Sequence record: MH675927.1
Strand: one strand, 5' to 3'
DNA: 64,000 bases
Source of the DNA: Escherichia phage vB_vPM_PD114
The notes under the pieces are model-generated. The model worked only from the letters and a program-made list of their open reading frames with translations, was not told the DNA's origin and did no database searches. The position numbers and the translations under genes are program-made. Within the stretch, counting starts at the first letter, position 1; every line of letters begins with the position of its first letter. Positions 55,201-64,000 of this stretch are shown one piece after another.

Positions 55201-55752
55201 ATGAAAAAAGATGTTATTTTTACAGGTTTTGAATTGTACGAACCGGAATTAACAGAGGAGAACATTCTTTATCTTTCTGTTGGCGGTGGTTTTTTGCAAG
55301 ACAAGGATGGTAATGATTGGTATCAACTTCAAAAAACTTTGATGGCTGAATATCCCGACGCTTATTTCATTACCTTAGATGATAATAATATTGTACGTGG
55401 TGCTACTAAAGATGTTACTACCTATTTCCCTGCCGGACAATCTATTTTAGTTACATATAATGCACCAGATAAAATAGAAGATGAAAGTAATATTGGCTCT
55501 TGGCAATATGTTGAAGGTAAATTTGTTCCTCACAATAGTCTTGCTATTGAAGATGCTACTCTTAAGTTAGAAAAGGAGTTAACTTGGGCTACGAATCAAG
55601 TGTCTGCGATTCAAGATTTAGAGGAATTACAAGGTTTATCTCAAGAACAAAAAGATTGGTTAGGAAAAGTTAAACTATATCGTGCAACACTGATTCAAAT
55701 TAACGTTGAAGATGCACCTAATATAACTTGGCCTACAAGACCTAAGAAATAG
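55201..55752 (+). CDS. tail fibre assembly/chaperone-like protein (putative)
   Basis: 183 aa ORF immediately after a fibre-like gene. Confidence 0.3.
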   Translation: MKKDVIFTGFELYEPELTEENILYLSVGGGFLQDKDGNDWYQLQKTLMAEYPDAYFITLDDNNIVRGATKDVTTYFPAGQSILVTYNAPDKIEDESNIGSWQYVEGKFVPHNSLAIEDATLKLEKELTWATNQVSAIQDLEELQGLSQEQKDWLGKVKLYRATLIQINVEDAPNITWPTRPKK

Positions 55753-55761
55753 GGGTAATGT

Positions 55762-56103
55762 ATGGAGCTAACAGAAGTATGGGATATCGCTAAAGAGGCG
55801 ATTATCCCTCTTATTGGTGTAATCTGGGTGGTCTTCAAACAGAAGATAGATGATATGGCAAGTGATTTGGACAAAATGGAAGAGAAATACCGTGAACTAG
55901 AAAAGAAGTTGGTGTTTGTTGAATCCACTTATGCTACCAAAGCAGAACTTGCTCAAATGCTTAACCAGATCAACTCTACATTAATGGCAAATAATACTGC
56001 CTTAGAACAGAAGATTGAAAAAATAATGGATTTAAAAAATGCTCCTGTTCAATTAATGCTAGAGGAGATTACGAAGCGCACACAAAGTAAGGACAAAAAT
56101 TAA
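55762..56103 (+). CDS. hypothetical coiled-coil protein (113 aa)
   Basis: ORF track. Confidence 0.3.
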   Translation: MELTEVWDIAKEAIIPLIGVIWVVFKQKIDDMASDLDKMEEKYRELEKKLVFVESTYATKAELAQMLNQINSTLMANNTALEQKIEKIMDLKNAPVQLMLEEITKRTQSKDKN

Positions 56104-58517
56104 TGGCGAATTTTCCAACATATCCTGCTACGACACTAGAACAAGGTGTTGATCTGGTTATATTCTCGTCTAACCAGATGCATGATGTTATTAACGGGGA
56201 TGCTACAGCAACTGTAGAAACCGAAACAGGTTTAATACCTACACTGCGTAAAGCACTTGTTGATAACTTCTTCTTTAAGAGTCCTGTTGCTTGGTCAGCA
56301 GGATCAACTGAAACTGTATTTAACCAGTTACGTTATTTTGAAAACGGCATCTTGAGTGGGTACTACTATGCCCCATCTGCCACTACTGCGAACCCTGTAC
56401 CTATGCAGGGTACACCTGTAGGAGACAGTAACTGGACTCTGTACGCTCTTAAAACTGAACAGTTAGCTTCAGATGTGTATCCTTGGTATTTTAAAGGTGC
56501 TACAGGATATGAAACAGAAATCAGTCCTCCTTATATCTTTGATAATGCTATTGTCACCATTAACGGTGTAATTCAGATTCAAGGTGAAGCATTTACTATC
56601 AAAGATAGTAAAATTATTCTGGCAGAACCATTAGGTTTAGATCCGTCTACTGGTCTACCTAACAAATTGTTTGCTTTTATTGGTAAAACAACAGCCTCTA
56701 CTTCTTATGTAGAGAAAAACCTTTTGTCATCTACCACTGGTGCAGCAATGGTTGGTCTTCCATCTGGAGGCAACCTGTTACAAGCTCAATACTTTGTAAC
56801 GCCTGAACAGTTTGGTGCAATTGGTGATGGAGTTACCGATGATACTCAAGCAATTCTAAAAACCATTACTTTCGCTAACACGAATAACATTCAAGTACGT
56901 GCAGATAAGAATTATAGATTCACAAGCTCAATTGCTATGTCTGGTATTCGTTGGTATGGTGGTACATTCACTGGTAACGGTGGAACAATGATTTCTACTG
57001 TGTCCTGTTGGATTGAAAACGTTCGCTTTGAAAAATGTTATGTTAAGATGTTAGGTGGTGATTGTCGATTCTATCGTAATATCTTCTCCAACGCAACATC
57101 TACAGCAGCATTTTTAATGCAAGCAATGACAAGTGAAGGTACGTTGGACTTCAGTTACAACGAAATGTATGGTTGTAAATATGCGATCCTGCAACAAGGT
57201 ACTGGAGAAGTAATGACCTATGGGCGTTACTCTAACAACTACATTCACGATATCAAAGGTGATGCTATTGAACTTAACGTAGTTCAAAGACACTACACTG
57301 AAGGTTTGATCATCGAGAATAACCACATTGCTAACGTAGATGCTTCTGGACAAGGTGCAAACTGGGGTATTGGTATTGGTGTAGCAGGTAGTGGCCCATA
57401 TGGTGTTGATGCTCCTGATTCACAATATGTACGTAACTTCAGTATCGTTGGAAATAGGGTTTACAATTGCCGTCAATGTCTACACGTTGAAATGGGTAAA
57501 AACTTCACAATACGTGATAACGAAGTTTATCCTAACACAGCAGTTTCAACAGGTACAGGTTTAACTACTTGTGGTGTTGCATTATACGGATGCCAAGACT
57601 TTGAAGTTGATGGTTTAACTGGTTATCTGCTTAATGATCCGTCTGTTTCAACACGCATGGTCTTTATTGACTGGGGTGTTAACGGTGGAAGATATGCGGG
57701 GCCACCAATTAACTTTACAATTAAGAATTTGGATATTCCAGAATCTTCGATTGAGATTGCAACTGCTGGATCAGACGACTGGGAAAACTCTACAATTGTT
57801 AGTAACATCAATTGTAATGATTTTAAATGGCGTGGGCTACCATCTAGCTCTACTTTTAATAATATTCGTTGCCGTAGTATTGACTTTATTGGTCAACACG
57901 GAAGCGGAGAAGGAAGTGGTGGCGGTTTCTATGCTCGCAGCCAATTCACGTATATGAAGTGGGTAGGATGTACAGCACTTAGCGGAGATGAAACAACAGT
58001 TTCTTTTGCTAAAATCTACACGGATCGTTGCGATCAGGTTGGAAATAACTTTGGTGTTCCAACTGCTGTTGATGGTACAGGTCATCGTGGGCCAGTCTTA
58101 ACCACTATTTCTGAACAATATTTTACAGATTATGATGAATTCCCAGGTGGGCGTGACTTCCCTACTGGAACAGTTATTCATTGTGCAAGCGGTAAAAAAC
58201 ACGTTGTTACAGCAGGTGGTGCTTTCTTTAGTGATAATGAGAAAATAAAAGCAACTGTTACAGGTCAAACCTATCTACAGTCTAATGCTTTAAACTGGGC
58301 TAGTAATGGCTACGCTAAAGCAGCAGGTACTAAGATTGTTATTCCAGGTGCAGGAGCAAATGGTGGCGATCTTGTGACAACTATAGCACGTGCTACATAT
58401 GTGACAAATAGTTTGTACACAATAGATATTGCAGATCCAATTGTAACACCTACAGCAGAGAATACACAAATTAAAGCTCTGAACCCTGTTACTTTTGTTA
58501 CTGTCAATAATGCTTAA
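56103..58517 (+). CDS. tail spike protein (804 aa; beta-helix/pectate-lyase-like fold suspected)
   Basis: Large ORF with repetitive G/N/T-rich segments typical of beta-helix tailspikes; terminator follows. Fold not verified. Confidence 0.4.
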   Translation: MANFPTYPATTLEQGVDLVIFSSNQMHDVINGDATATVETETGLIPTLRKALVDNFFFKSPVAWSAGSTETVFNQLRYFENGILSGYYYAPSATTANPVPMQGTPVGDSNWTLYALKTEQLASDVYPWYFKGATGYETEISPPYIFDNAIVTINGVIQIQGEAFTIKDSKIILAEPLGLDPSTGLPNKLFAFIGKTTASTSYVEKNLLSSTTGAAMVGLPSGGNLLQAQYFVTPEQFGAIGDGVTDDTQAILKTITFANTNNIQVRADKNYRFTSSIAMSGIRWYGGTFTGNGGTMISTVSCWIENVRFEKCYVKMLGGDCRFYRNIFSNATSTAAFLMQAMTSEGTLDFSYNEMYGCKYAILQQGTGEVMTYGRYSNNYIHDIKGDAIELNVVQRHYTEGLIIENNHIANVDASGQGANWGIGIGVAGSGPYGVDAPDSQYVRNFSIVGNRVYNCRQCLHVEMGKNFTIRDNEVYPNTAVSTGTGLTTCGVALYGCQDFEVDGLTGYLLNDPSVSTRMVFIDWGVNGGRYAGPPINFTIKNLDIPESSIEIATAGSDDWENSTIVSNINCNDFKWRGLPSSSTFNNIRCRSIDFIGQHGSGEGSGGGFYARSQFTYMKWVGCTALSGDETTVSFAKIYTDRCDQVGNNFGVPTAVDGTGHRGPVLTTISEQYFTDYDEFPGGRDFPTGTVIHCASGKKHVVTAGGAFFSDNEKIKATVTGQTYLQSNALNWASNGYAKAAGTKIVIPGAGANGGDLVTTIARATYVTNSLYTIDIADPIVTPTAENTQIKALNPVTFVTVNNA

Positions 58518-58520
58518 TTA

Positions 58521-58543
58521 AAAGGGGCTTTCGCCCCTTTATA
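58521..58543 (+). terminator. hairpin AAGGGGC-TTTC-GCCCCTT (same sequence as at 5341)
   Basis: Read directly. Confidence 0.45.
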
Positions 58544-58557
58544 AAAGGAGTAGTAAA

Positions 58558-60519
58558 GTGATTTTAACACGTCCAAATAGTGCCATTGCAGACATGGTAG
58601 AGTCTCGCTATAGAAAGCGTAGAAGTTTTGCAAGTGGTTTTACCTTAAGAGATGCTCGTGAAGCATTGCTCTTTGAAGCTGACGGTAACTACTATCAGTG
58701 GAAAGGTTCTCTACCTAAAGTTGTACCTGCTAACTCTACTCCTACATCTACTGGAGGGATTTCAGATACAGCTTGGAAAAATGTGGGTAATGCAGATGAC
58801 ATTGCTCAAATAGAATCAGAATTAGATGCTATTGAAGCTGAAATTGAAGATCTTAGAGAATCCATCCCAGAAGCTGGTAAATCAGCTTACCAGATGGCCG
58901 TAGACAATGGTTTCCAAGGTACTGAGACACAGTGGTTGGCTTCTTTAAAAGGTGATCCAGGTGCTCCATTAAAGCTATTAGGGACACTATCTAATACCAA
59001 CCAATTACCTACAAGTGGAAACAATGCAGGGGATGCATGGATTGTAGGCGAGAATATGTATGCTTGGGATGGTACTGCTTGGAGAAAAGTAAACTCACAG
59101 GGGCCAGAAGGTAAATCTGCTTATGAAGTATGGCTTGCAGCAGGAAACGAAGGTACAGAACTAGATTATCTTGCCGCAATTAAAGGTGATAAAGGGGAGC
59201 CTGGCCCAGAGGGGCCACAAGGTGTGCCAGGTAACAATGCTAATGGTTTTGATTACCAAGGTGCAGCTAATTCCGTTTCAGATCTTCCTTCTGCATCTCA
59301 TGGAAACACATCTCAAGCATGGAGTGTTGGTACATATCTATACGTGTCAAACGGTGTAGAATGGATCAATATGGGCGCTATAGTGGGGCCAAAAGGAGAT
59401 AAAGGCGACAAAGGAGATAAGGGTAACACTGGTGATTCAGCTTATCAAGTCTGGTTAAATGCTGGTAACGTTGGTACTATTGACGAATATATTGCCTCTC
59501 TGAAAGGAGAAAAAGGTGATAAGGGAGACAAGGGTGATCAAGGTGAACAGGGTATACAAGGCTTGACGGGGCCAACTGGTGCAGGGTTGACCATTATTGA
59601 CATTCTGACTAGCACTTCTGAACTGCCACAAACTGGAGAAGAGGGTGATGGTTATCTGATCAATAATGAACTTTGGGTCTGGTTGCAAGGAGCCACAGAG
59701 TGGACAAATGTTGGTCGTTTAGCTGGTACTCCAATCACTGCAAAAGGACACGTTGCGTCTGCAAGTGCACTTCCTCCTACAGCTAATTACGGTGATGCTT
59801 ATCTGACGGAAGATACAGGTCATCTTTACATTTACACCTATGATGAACAAACTCAAACTGCTGAATATGTAGATATGGGTAGTTTGAAAGGTGATAAGGG
59901 TGAAAAAGGTGACGCTGGTACTAACGGTACAGACGGTGCAACTTGGATTGTTAAAACAACAGATCCAATCTCTAGTGATGGTAAACAAGGTGATTATGCC
60001 TTTAATATCTCCACTGGCGAGGTGTTCTTAAAAACATCTGCAACTGTCTGGACTTCTCAAGGTACACTACCTAGTATCACAGATGCACCTAGTGATGGTA
60101 AGACTTATGCTCGTAAAGATGGAGCATGGGAAGAACTCACTAGTTCTGTAGATGGTCAAGATATAGTTCCAACAAAAGTAACAACTAATTTTATAGAGGT
60201 TACAGCATATACCAACAATTCTGTTACAGGGGACTGGACACCTCCAGGAACACATAACATGAATGTGTTGAATCTTACTGGTAACTCTACTATAAAAGCA
60301 TGGCCTGGTGTCGAAGATAGCACAAAACCTAAACCATTCTCTGCAATAGTTTATCTTATCCAAGATGCCACTGGAGGTCATACTGTTACTTTAGATCCAT
60401 CTTACAAAGTAATTGGTTCTAGTGATATTAATACAGATCCTAACGGAGTAACAATACTACAACTAACATATTGTGGTGTTGGCGATTACGTGGATGCTAT
60501 TGTTGCTAAACGCACATAA
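58558..60519 (+). CDS. tail fibre protein with collagen-like Gly-X-Y repeats
   Basis: GDKGEPGPEGPQGVPG, GPKGDKGDKGDKGNTGD, GEKGDKGDKGDQGEQGIQGLTGPTG, GDKGEKGDAGTNGTDG; GTG start after AAGGAG. Confidence 0.55.
   Translation: MILTRPNSAIADMVESRYRKRRSFASGFTLRDAREALLFEADGNYYQWKGSLPKVVPANSTPTSTGGISDTAWKNVGNADDIAQIESELDAIEAEIEDLRESIPEAGKSAYQMAVDNGFQGTETQWLASLKGDPGAPLKLLGTLSNTNQLPTSGNNAGDAWIVGENMYAWDGTAWRKVNSQGPEGKSAYEVWLAAGNEGTELDYLAAIKGDKGEPGPEGPQGVPGNNANGFDYQGAANSVSDLPSASHGNTSQAWSVGTYLYVSNGVEWINMGAIVGPKGDKGDKGDKGNTGDSAYQVWLNAGNVGTIDEYIASLKGEKGDKGDKGDQGEQGIQGLTGPTGAGLTIIDILTSTSELPQTGEEGDGYLINNELWVWLQGATEWTNVGRLAGTPITAKGHVASASALPPTANYGDAYLTEDTGHLYIYTYDEQTQTAEYVDMGSLKGDKGEKGDAGTNGTDGATWIVKTTDPISSDGKQGDYAFNISTGEVFLKTSATVWTSQGTLPSITDAPSDGKTYARKDGAWEELTSSVDGQDIVPTKVTTNFIEVTAYTNNSVTGDWTPPGTHNMNVLNLTGNSTIKAWPGVEDSTKPKPFSAIVYLIQDATGGHTVTLDPSYKVIGSSDINTDPNGVTILQLTYCGVGDYVDAIVAKRT
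59390..59580 (+). repeat. collagen-like triplet-repeat coding region (GGN-GAN-AAR periodicity)
   Basis: Nucleotide-level 9-nt periodic repeats ggagataaaggcgacaaaggagataagggt... Confidence 0.5.
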
Positions 60520-60522
60520 TCA

Positions 60523-60547
60523 AAGCCCCTTCGGGGGCTTATTATTT
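60523..60547 (+). terminator. rho-independent terminator AAGCCCC-TTCG-GGGGCTT + TTATTATTT
   Basis: Read directly. Confidence 0.5.
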
Positions 60548-60558
60548 AAGGAGATTAA

Positions 60559-62445
60559 ATGTATCCTATTCCTTTATTTATGTCAACAACATCAGCTTCA
60601 GTAGTAACAGCTACGTCTATAACCACTTCCTCTATTGGTATTGCAATAGTTGGTAGTAAAAAGCAACTGACATACACAGTTTCACCAGAAGATGGTGCGT
60701 TATTTGATATAGCTTTTTCATCTTCAGATAATACCAAAATGGTTATAGATAATAACGGTATGATGGAGTTTGTTGCTGAAGGCGGTTTTGATGCAATAAT
60801 GACAGCTAAAAATAATTTAGGTGCTGTCTTAACTGATCAATCTGGTGGCTATGCTTCAGAATTAAGTGTGTACACTGAAAGTCTGTCTGCTATGGATGCA
60901 GGAACTACTCAACAATTGGTTGCTACAATCAGTCCAGAAGGTGCTAAAGACCTTCCAGACATGGTAATTACGTACACCACAACAGATCCAGAAGTAGCTA
61001 CTGTAAGCCCTACAGGATTAATAACTGCTCTTAAAGATGGCAGTTGCCGTATAGGTTGTACTGCAACTTATCAAGGAACAGTGGTGGCCTCTGATAGTTC
61101 TTATTTAGGTGTTAATGCTATTCCTGTTATTTCTAATGTAACAGCCGTGGCAAACAGCTATGGAGACATTCGTGTTGCTTGGGATGTAGCTGATCCGCTA
61201 GATGGTGATACTTATACTGTAGAAGTATTAGATTTAAGTAATAACAGTGTCCAGTGGACTACAACAACCACGAATACTTACGCTTACTTTGATATCTCTG
61301 ACTCTATTCCTCTTTATGGGTTTGCTCCAACATACCTTAAAATTAGCGTTAAGAGCACCAAAGCAGCACCCGTTATCTTTAATAACTCAATAGCTACAGA
61401 TGATTCATTCATTAAAGAAGTTATTGTCTTTGCTGGACAAGATAACGTAAATGCACACTTTACAGAATTATCTGGTGCAAATAAAGCAGCAATGAGTAGC
61501 ACAACAGCCCGTAACGCATATGCTACGCAACGTGGTTTAGCAAATGCTGAAGTTCTTCCGTTAAATGCAGCTTCTGGATCATCAGCAGCAGATAAATATG
61601 CAGATGATAAAGCCGGAACAGGTACACCAGACAACTACTGGTATGATCTGGATAACGCAGCAGATGGGCCATGCTTAACTAATTTTATCACTAAAGTCAC
61701 ACCTTATGCAAGTAAGGTTAAAGCAATTATTTGGGGACAAGGTGAAAACGATGCTGTATCAGCATCTTCGACTGTTGCAGGTAGGTACAGTAACACTACA
61801 CGTTACCATGATGCTACGATAGCTATCTTTGATAAGATGCGTACAATAGTTCCTGCTTCTCAAGCAAAAATTGTTTGGCAGATCCTAGGACGTTCTTATC
61901 TATATGGTGTAGAAGTTAATGGTGTGGATTGGCAGAAATACAGAAATGTACAAAGAACCATCTCTACAGCACGTGACGATGTTATCATTGGTTCTTGGGT
62001 GGATGGTGCTGAACGCTACAGTGGTTATGTTTATGAAGAAGGTATTGATGGTCGTATCCATTATGTTTCTTCTGTATATCAAACAGCAGCTACAAAACTT
62101 GCTAAATCAGCAGCAGACGGTACAGACTTAACATCAACACCGCCTGTTTGGGTTGATATGTCTGTTCCAACAGGAGGAGCCGCTGTAAGACAAGCTAACC
62201 AAGATGCAATTATTTCTTGGGAACCAGCAGGATATACCAAACATTACTTCCGAAATGTAAACGTCCTCACAGCAGCAATTCTTACAGAACAAACTCTTGA
62301 TACTAACACTTACACATTTACTTATGCAGATCAGGTTGAACAATACGGGTTTGCAGCAGGTACAACAGTGTTTGATGTTGCACACTATGATGCTGATAAT
62401 GACGTGTTATCACCTCTTGTCAGATTTACAGTTAATATTACATAA
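60559..62445 (+). CDS. tail protein with Ig-like (Big_2-type) domains and SGNH/SASA-like esterase domain
   Basis: N-terminal Ig-like repeats (TYTVSPEDGALFDIAFSSSDNTKMV...); C-terminal AIIWGQGENDA motif typical of sialate O-acetylesterase/SGNH hydrolases. Confidence 0.45.
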   Translation: MYPIPLFMSTTSASVVTATSITTSSIGIAIVGSKKQLTYTVSPEDGALFDIAFSSSDNTKMVIDNNGMMEFVAEGGFDAIMTAKNNLGAVLTDQSGGYASELSVYTESLSAMDAGTTQQLVATISPEGAKDLPDMVITYTTTDPEVATVSPTGLITALKDGSCRIGCTATYQGTVVASDSSYLGVNAIPVISNVTAVANSYGDIRVAWDVADPLDGDTYTVEVLDLSNNSVQWTTTTTNTYAYFDISDSIPLYGFAPTYLKISVKSTKAAPVIFNNSIATDDSFIKEVIVFAGQDNVNAHFTELSGANKAAMSSTTARNAYATQRGLANAEVLPLNAASGSSAADKYADDKAGTGTPDNYWYDLDNAADGPCLTNFITKVTPYASKVKAIIWGQGENDAVSASSTVAGRYSNTTRYHDATIAIFDKMRTIVPASQAKIVWQILGRSYLYGVEVNGVDWQKYRNVQRTISTARDDVIIGSWVDGAERYSGYVYEEGIDGRIHYVSSVYQTAATKLAKSAADGTDLTSTPPVWVDMSVPTGGAAVRQANQDAIISWEPAGYTKHYFRNVNVLTAAILTEQTLDTNTYTFTYADQVEQYGFAAGTTVFDVAHYDADNDVLSPLVRFTVNIT

Positions 62446-62450
62446 ACAAA

Positions 62451-62477
62451 AAGGAGCCATTAGGCTCCTTTTCTTTT
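62451..62477. terminator. bidirectional terminator AAGGAGCC-ATTA-GGCTCCTT between convergent genes
   Basis: A-run upstream and T-run downstream of a perfect 8-bp stem; near-identical hairpin at 63621. Confidence 0.55.
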
Positions 62478-62480
62478 ATC

Positions 62481-62912
62481 TTAATCAGTGAAAATTACGC
62501 TTACATCTTCTTTAGAGAAGAGTTTATGATCTTCACCTTTTGTCTCAAGAGTTTCATACAGGTTAAGAAGTTCTGAAACATCTTTCTCTACTAGTTTCTT
62601 CAATGTTGCAATTTTCTGTTTGCGATTTTTAATACGTTCAGCTACAACCTTACGTTGGTATCCAGCAGTACGATAACCTGAGAAAGTTACACCAGTAAGA
62701 CTTGCAGTTACAGGATCGTAGTGACGTTCAATCTGAAATTTATTAAAAGGTACAGCGTCATCACGAATAATCTTACCGCCATTACTTACTTGACGAAGAC
62801 CAGTAACTTGTTCCAGTCGTGCCATAGAAATCTTTGGAGACAGACCAGAGTCCAGGTTCATACCGTTGTTAATCAGTGCTTTCAGGGTGATTTTGCTGTT
62901 CAGTGTACTCAT
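62481..62912 (-). CDS. hypothetical protein (143 aa)
   Basis: ORF track; GGAGG upstream of ATG. Confidence 0.35.
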   Translation of the reverse strand: MSTLNSKITLKALINNGMNLDSGLSPKISMARLEQVTGLRQVSNGGKIIRDDAVPFNKFQIERHYDPVTASLTGVTFSGYRTAGYQRKVVAERIKNRKQKIATLKKLVEKDVSELLNLYETLETKGEDHKLFSKEDVSVIFTD

Positions 62913-63600
62913 TTAGTCGTTCCTCCGCTTGCTTAAAAATATTTACATCGGCTTCACAGCCTAAGTATTCTCTACCTGTTAAAAGTGCCGCAACTTGTGT
63001 TGTTGCACTTCCAGAGAAGAAGTCTAAGACTACATCTCCTTCGTTGGTATGTATATTAATAAGGTCACAAAACAAAGTCAAGTGTTTTTGTGTTGGATGA
63101 AAACGATCTGCTCCTTGATAGATAGGATACTCAAACACACCCTTATGGTAGGAAGCATTGAAGGTTGGCTTCGAACCTTTAACACAAACAATAGCCATCT
63201 CTTTAGCGTTACTAAGGTAGTTAACACCACTGTTGATGGGTACAGGGTTTGTTTTAATCCATTCAATAGTACGGAACATACGAAAACCAAGTGGTTCAAG
63301 GATCTCACGTAGCTCCTGGATCTTCCAGATATCATACCAAACTATGCAAGTACCACCTTTTCTAAGCACCCTATAGGCTTCTTTGAATACTTCTTTAAAG
63401 TAAGGAATATCTACAACATCCCAGTCACCAAAGTTGTAAGATACACGGAATCTATCCGTATCTTTTCCAGTAGGCTCTCCAGATTGAAAATTTGTGTCAC
63501 GAGAAATAGCATATGGTGGGTCAGTAAGAATCAAATCTACACTATTGCTTTCGAGGGTTTGCAGGTAGTTTAATGCAGTGTTGTTTACAAATTCGCTCAT
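62869..63600 (-). CDS. DNA methyltransferase (DPPY motif; probably N6-adenine)
   Basis: VDLILTDPPY (motif IV) and C-terminal VLDFFSGSATT (SAM-binding motif I); RBS GAAGGAG. Confidence 0.7.
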   Translation of the reverse strand: MSEFVNNTALNYLQTLESNSVDLILTDPPYAISRDTNFQSGEPTGKDTDRFRVSYNFGDWDVVDIPYFKEVFKEAYRVLRKGGTCIVWYDIWKIQELREILEPLGFRMFRTIEWIKTNPVPINSGVNYLSNAKEMAIVCVKGSKPTFNASYHKGVFEYPIYQGADRFHPTQKHLTLFCDLINIHTNEGDVVLDFFSGSATTQVAALLTGREYLGCEADVNIFKQAEERLNEYTEQQNHPESTD

Positions 63601-63611
63601 TATATCTCCTT

Positions 63612-63638
63612 CAAAGAAAAGGAGCCGTTAGGCTCCTT
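63612..63638 (-). terminator. rho-independent terminator GGAGCC-TAAC-GGCTCC + TTTTCTTTG (minus strand)
   Basis: Read directly. Confidence 0.5.
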
Positions 63639-63660
63639 ATATTCACACAATATTTAATTA

Positions 63661-64000
63661 TTAGAAACAGTGCAGGAAGTTTCGACCATATTGCAAACCA
63701 ATAGGAGCAAATGGGATATCATCATCGAAATCTTGAACAACAGGTTCTGGTTCTTTCGGTGCTGGCTCTTTCTTCTCTACTTTTTTAGTTTCTTTCTTAA
63801 CTTCTTGTACTGGAATAGACATTCCACGGATAGCAGCAGCTACTTTATCAGACAAAGCAAGAACTTCACGAGCAGCTTCAATAATCTCTTCTGCCGTTAC
63901 AGTTTTACCTGTATGATCACGACAAGCGTTAAGAATTGCGTGTCCAACTGAAGCACCAAGATCATAGTCAGTCACATCAACGCCACGATCTTTAGCAATT
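63661..64000 (-). CDS. partial ORF (N-terminus beyond right window edge) carrying an SSB-C-terminal-tip-like motif DFDDDIPF
   Basis: Frame is open from 63975 to the window end (no stop); Lys/Glu/Pro-rich linker then ...EPVVQDFDDDIPF followed by 18 more residues. Confidence 0.4.
   Translation of the reverse strand, partial: IAKDRGVDVTDYDLGASVGHAILNACRDHTGKTVTAEEIIEAAREVLALSDKVAAAIRGMSIPVQEVKKETKKVEKKEPAPKEPEPVVQDFDDDIPFAPIGLQYGRNFLHCF

Noticed and set aside
59390-59580. Possible CRISPR-like short repeats
   Set aside because: The periodicity is 9 nt Gly-X-Y coding repeats inside a long ORF, not direct repeats with unique spacers; no cas genes present.
1-64000. Lysogeny module (integrase, repressor, attachment site)
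   Set aside because: No tyrosine/serine recombinase motifs or repressor-like HTH pairs were seen; the gene content points to a strictly lytic phage.

Overview
This window reads as a dense, nearly gap-free segment of a virulent tailed-phage genome (myovirus-type; the gene content resembles Felix O1-like phages, which is inference only). The most interesting candidate system is the adjacent Prs-like + NAMPT-like gene pair at 16507-19205, which matches the two-enzyme phage NAD+ reconstitution pathway NARP1 (Adps/Namat) used against NAD+-depleting host defences. Layout: (1) 1-16137, minus-strand early/DNA-metabolism block: nrdA (truncated by the left edge), ThyX-like, thymidine kinase, HNH endonuclease, two exonuclease-like genes, a ligase-like gene, an RNA-repair-like triad (phosphoesterase / RNA-ligase-like / Pnk kinase) and many small ORFs. 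(2) 16138-16506, AT-rich control region at the strand switch. (3) Plus strand: the Prs-like/NAMPT-like pair, then about 19 tRNA genes (19953-23253) interleaved with sigma70-like promoters, an HNH endonuclease gene and a ~430 bp structured non-coding stretch. (4) Spanin-like pair, large terminase with a mini-intein in Walker A and split by an HNH-endonuclease insertion, portal, scaffold, capsid, sheath, tube, tape measure, baseplate and several tail fibre/spike genes. (5) 62481-64000, minus-strand genes including a DNA methyltransferase and a partial ORF with an SSB-tail-like motif. No integrase, CRISPR array or rRNA was seen. All calls come from reading the sequence and ORF track by eye; tRNA boundaries and anticodons are hand-folded and need tRNAscan-SE confirmation.
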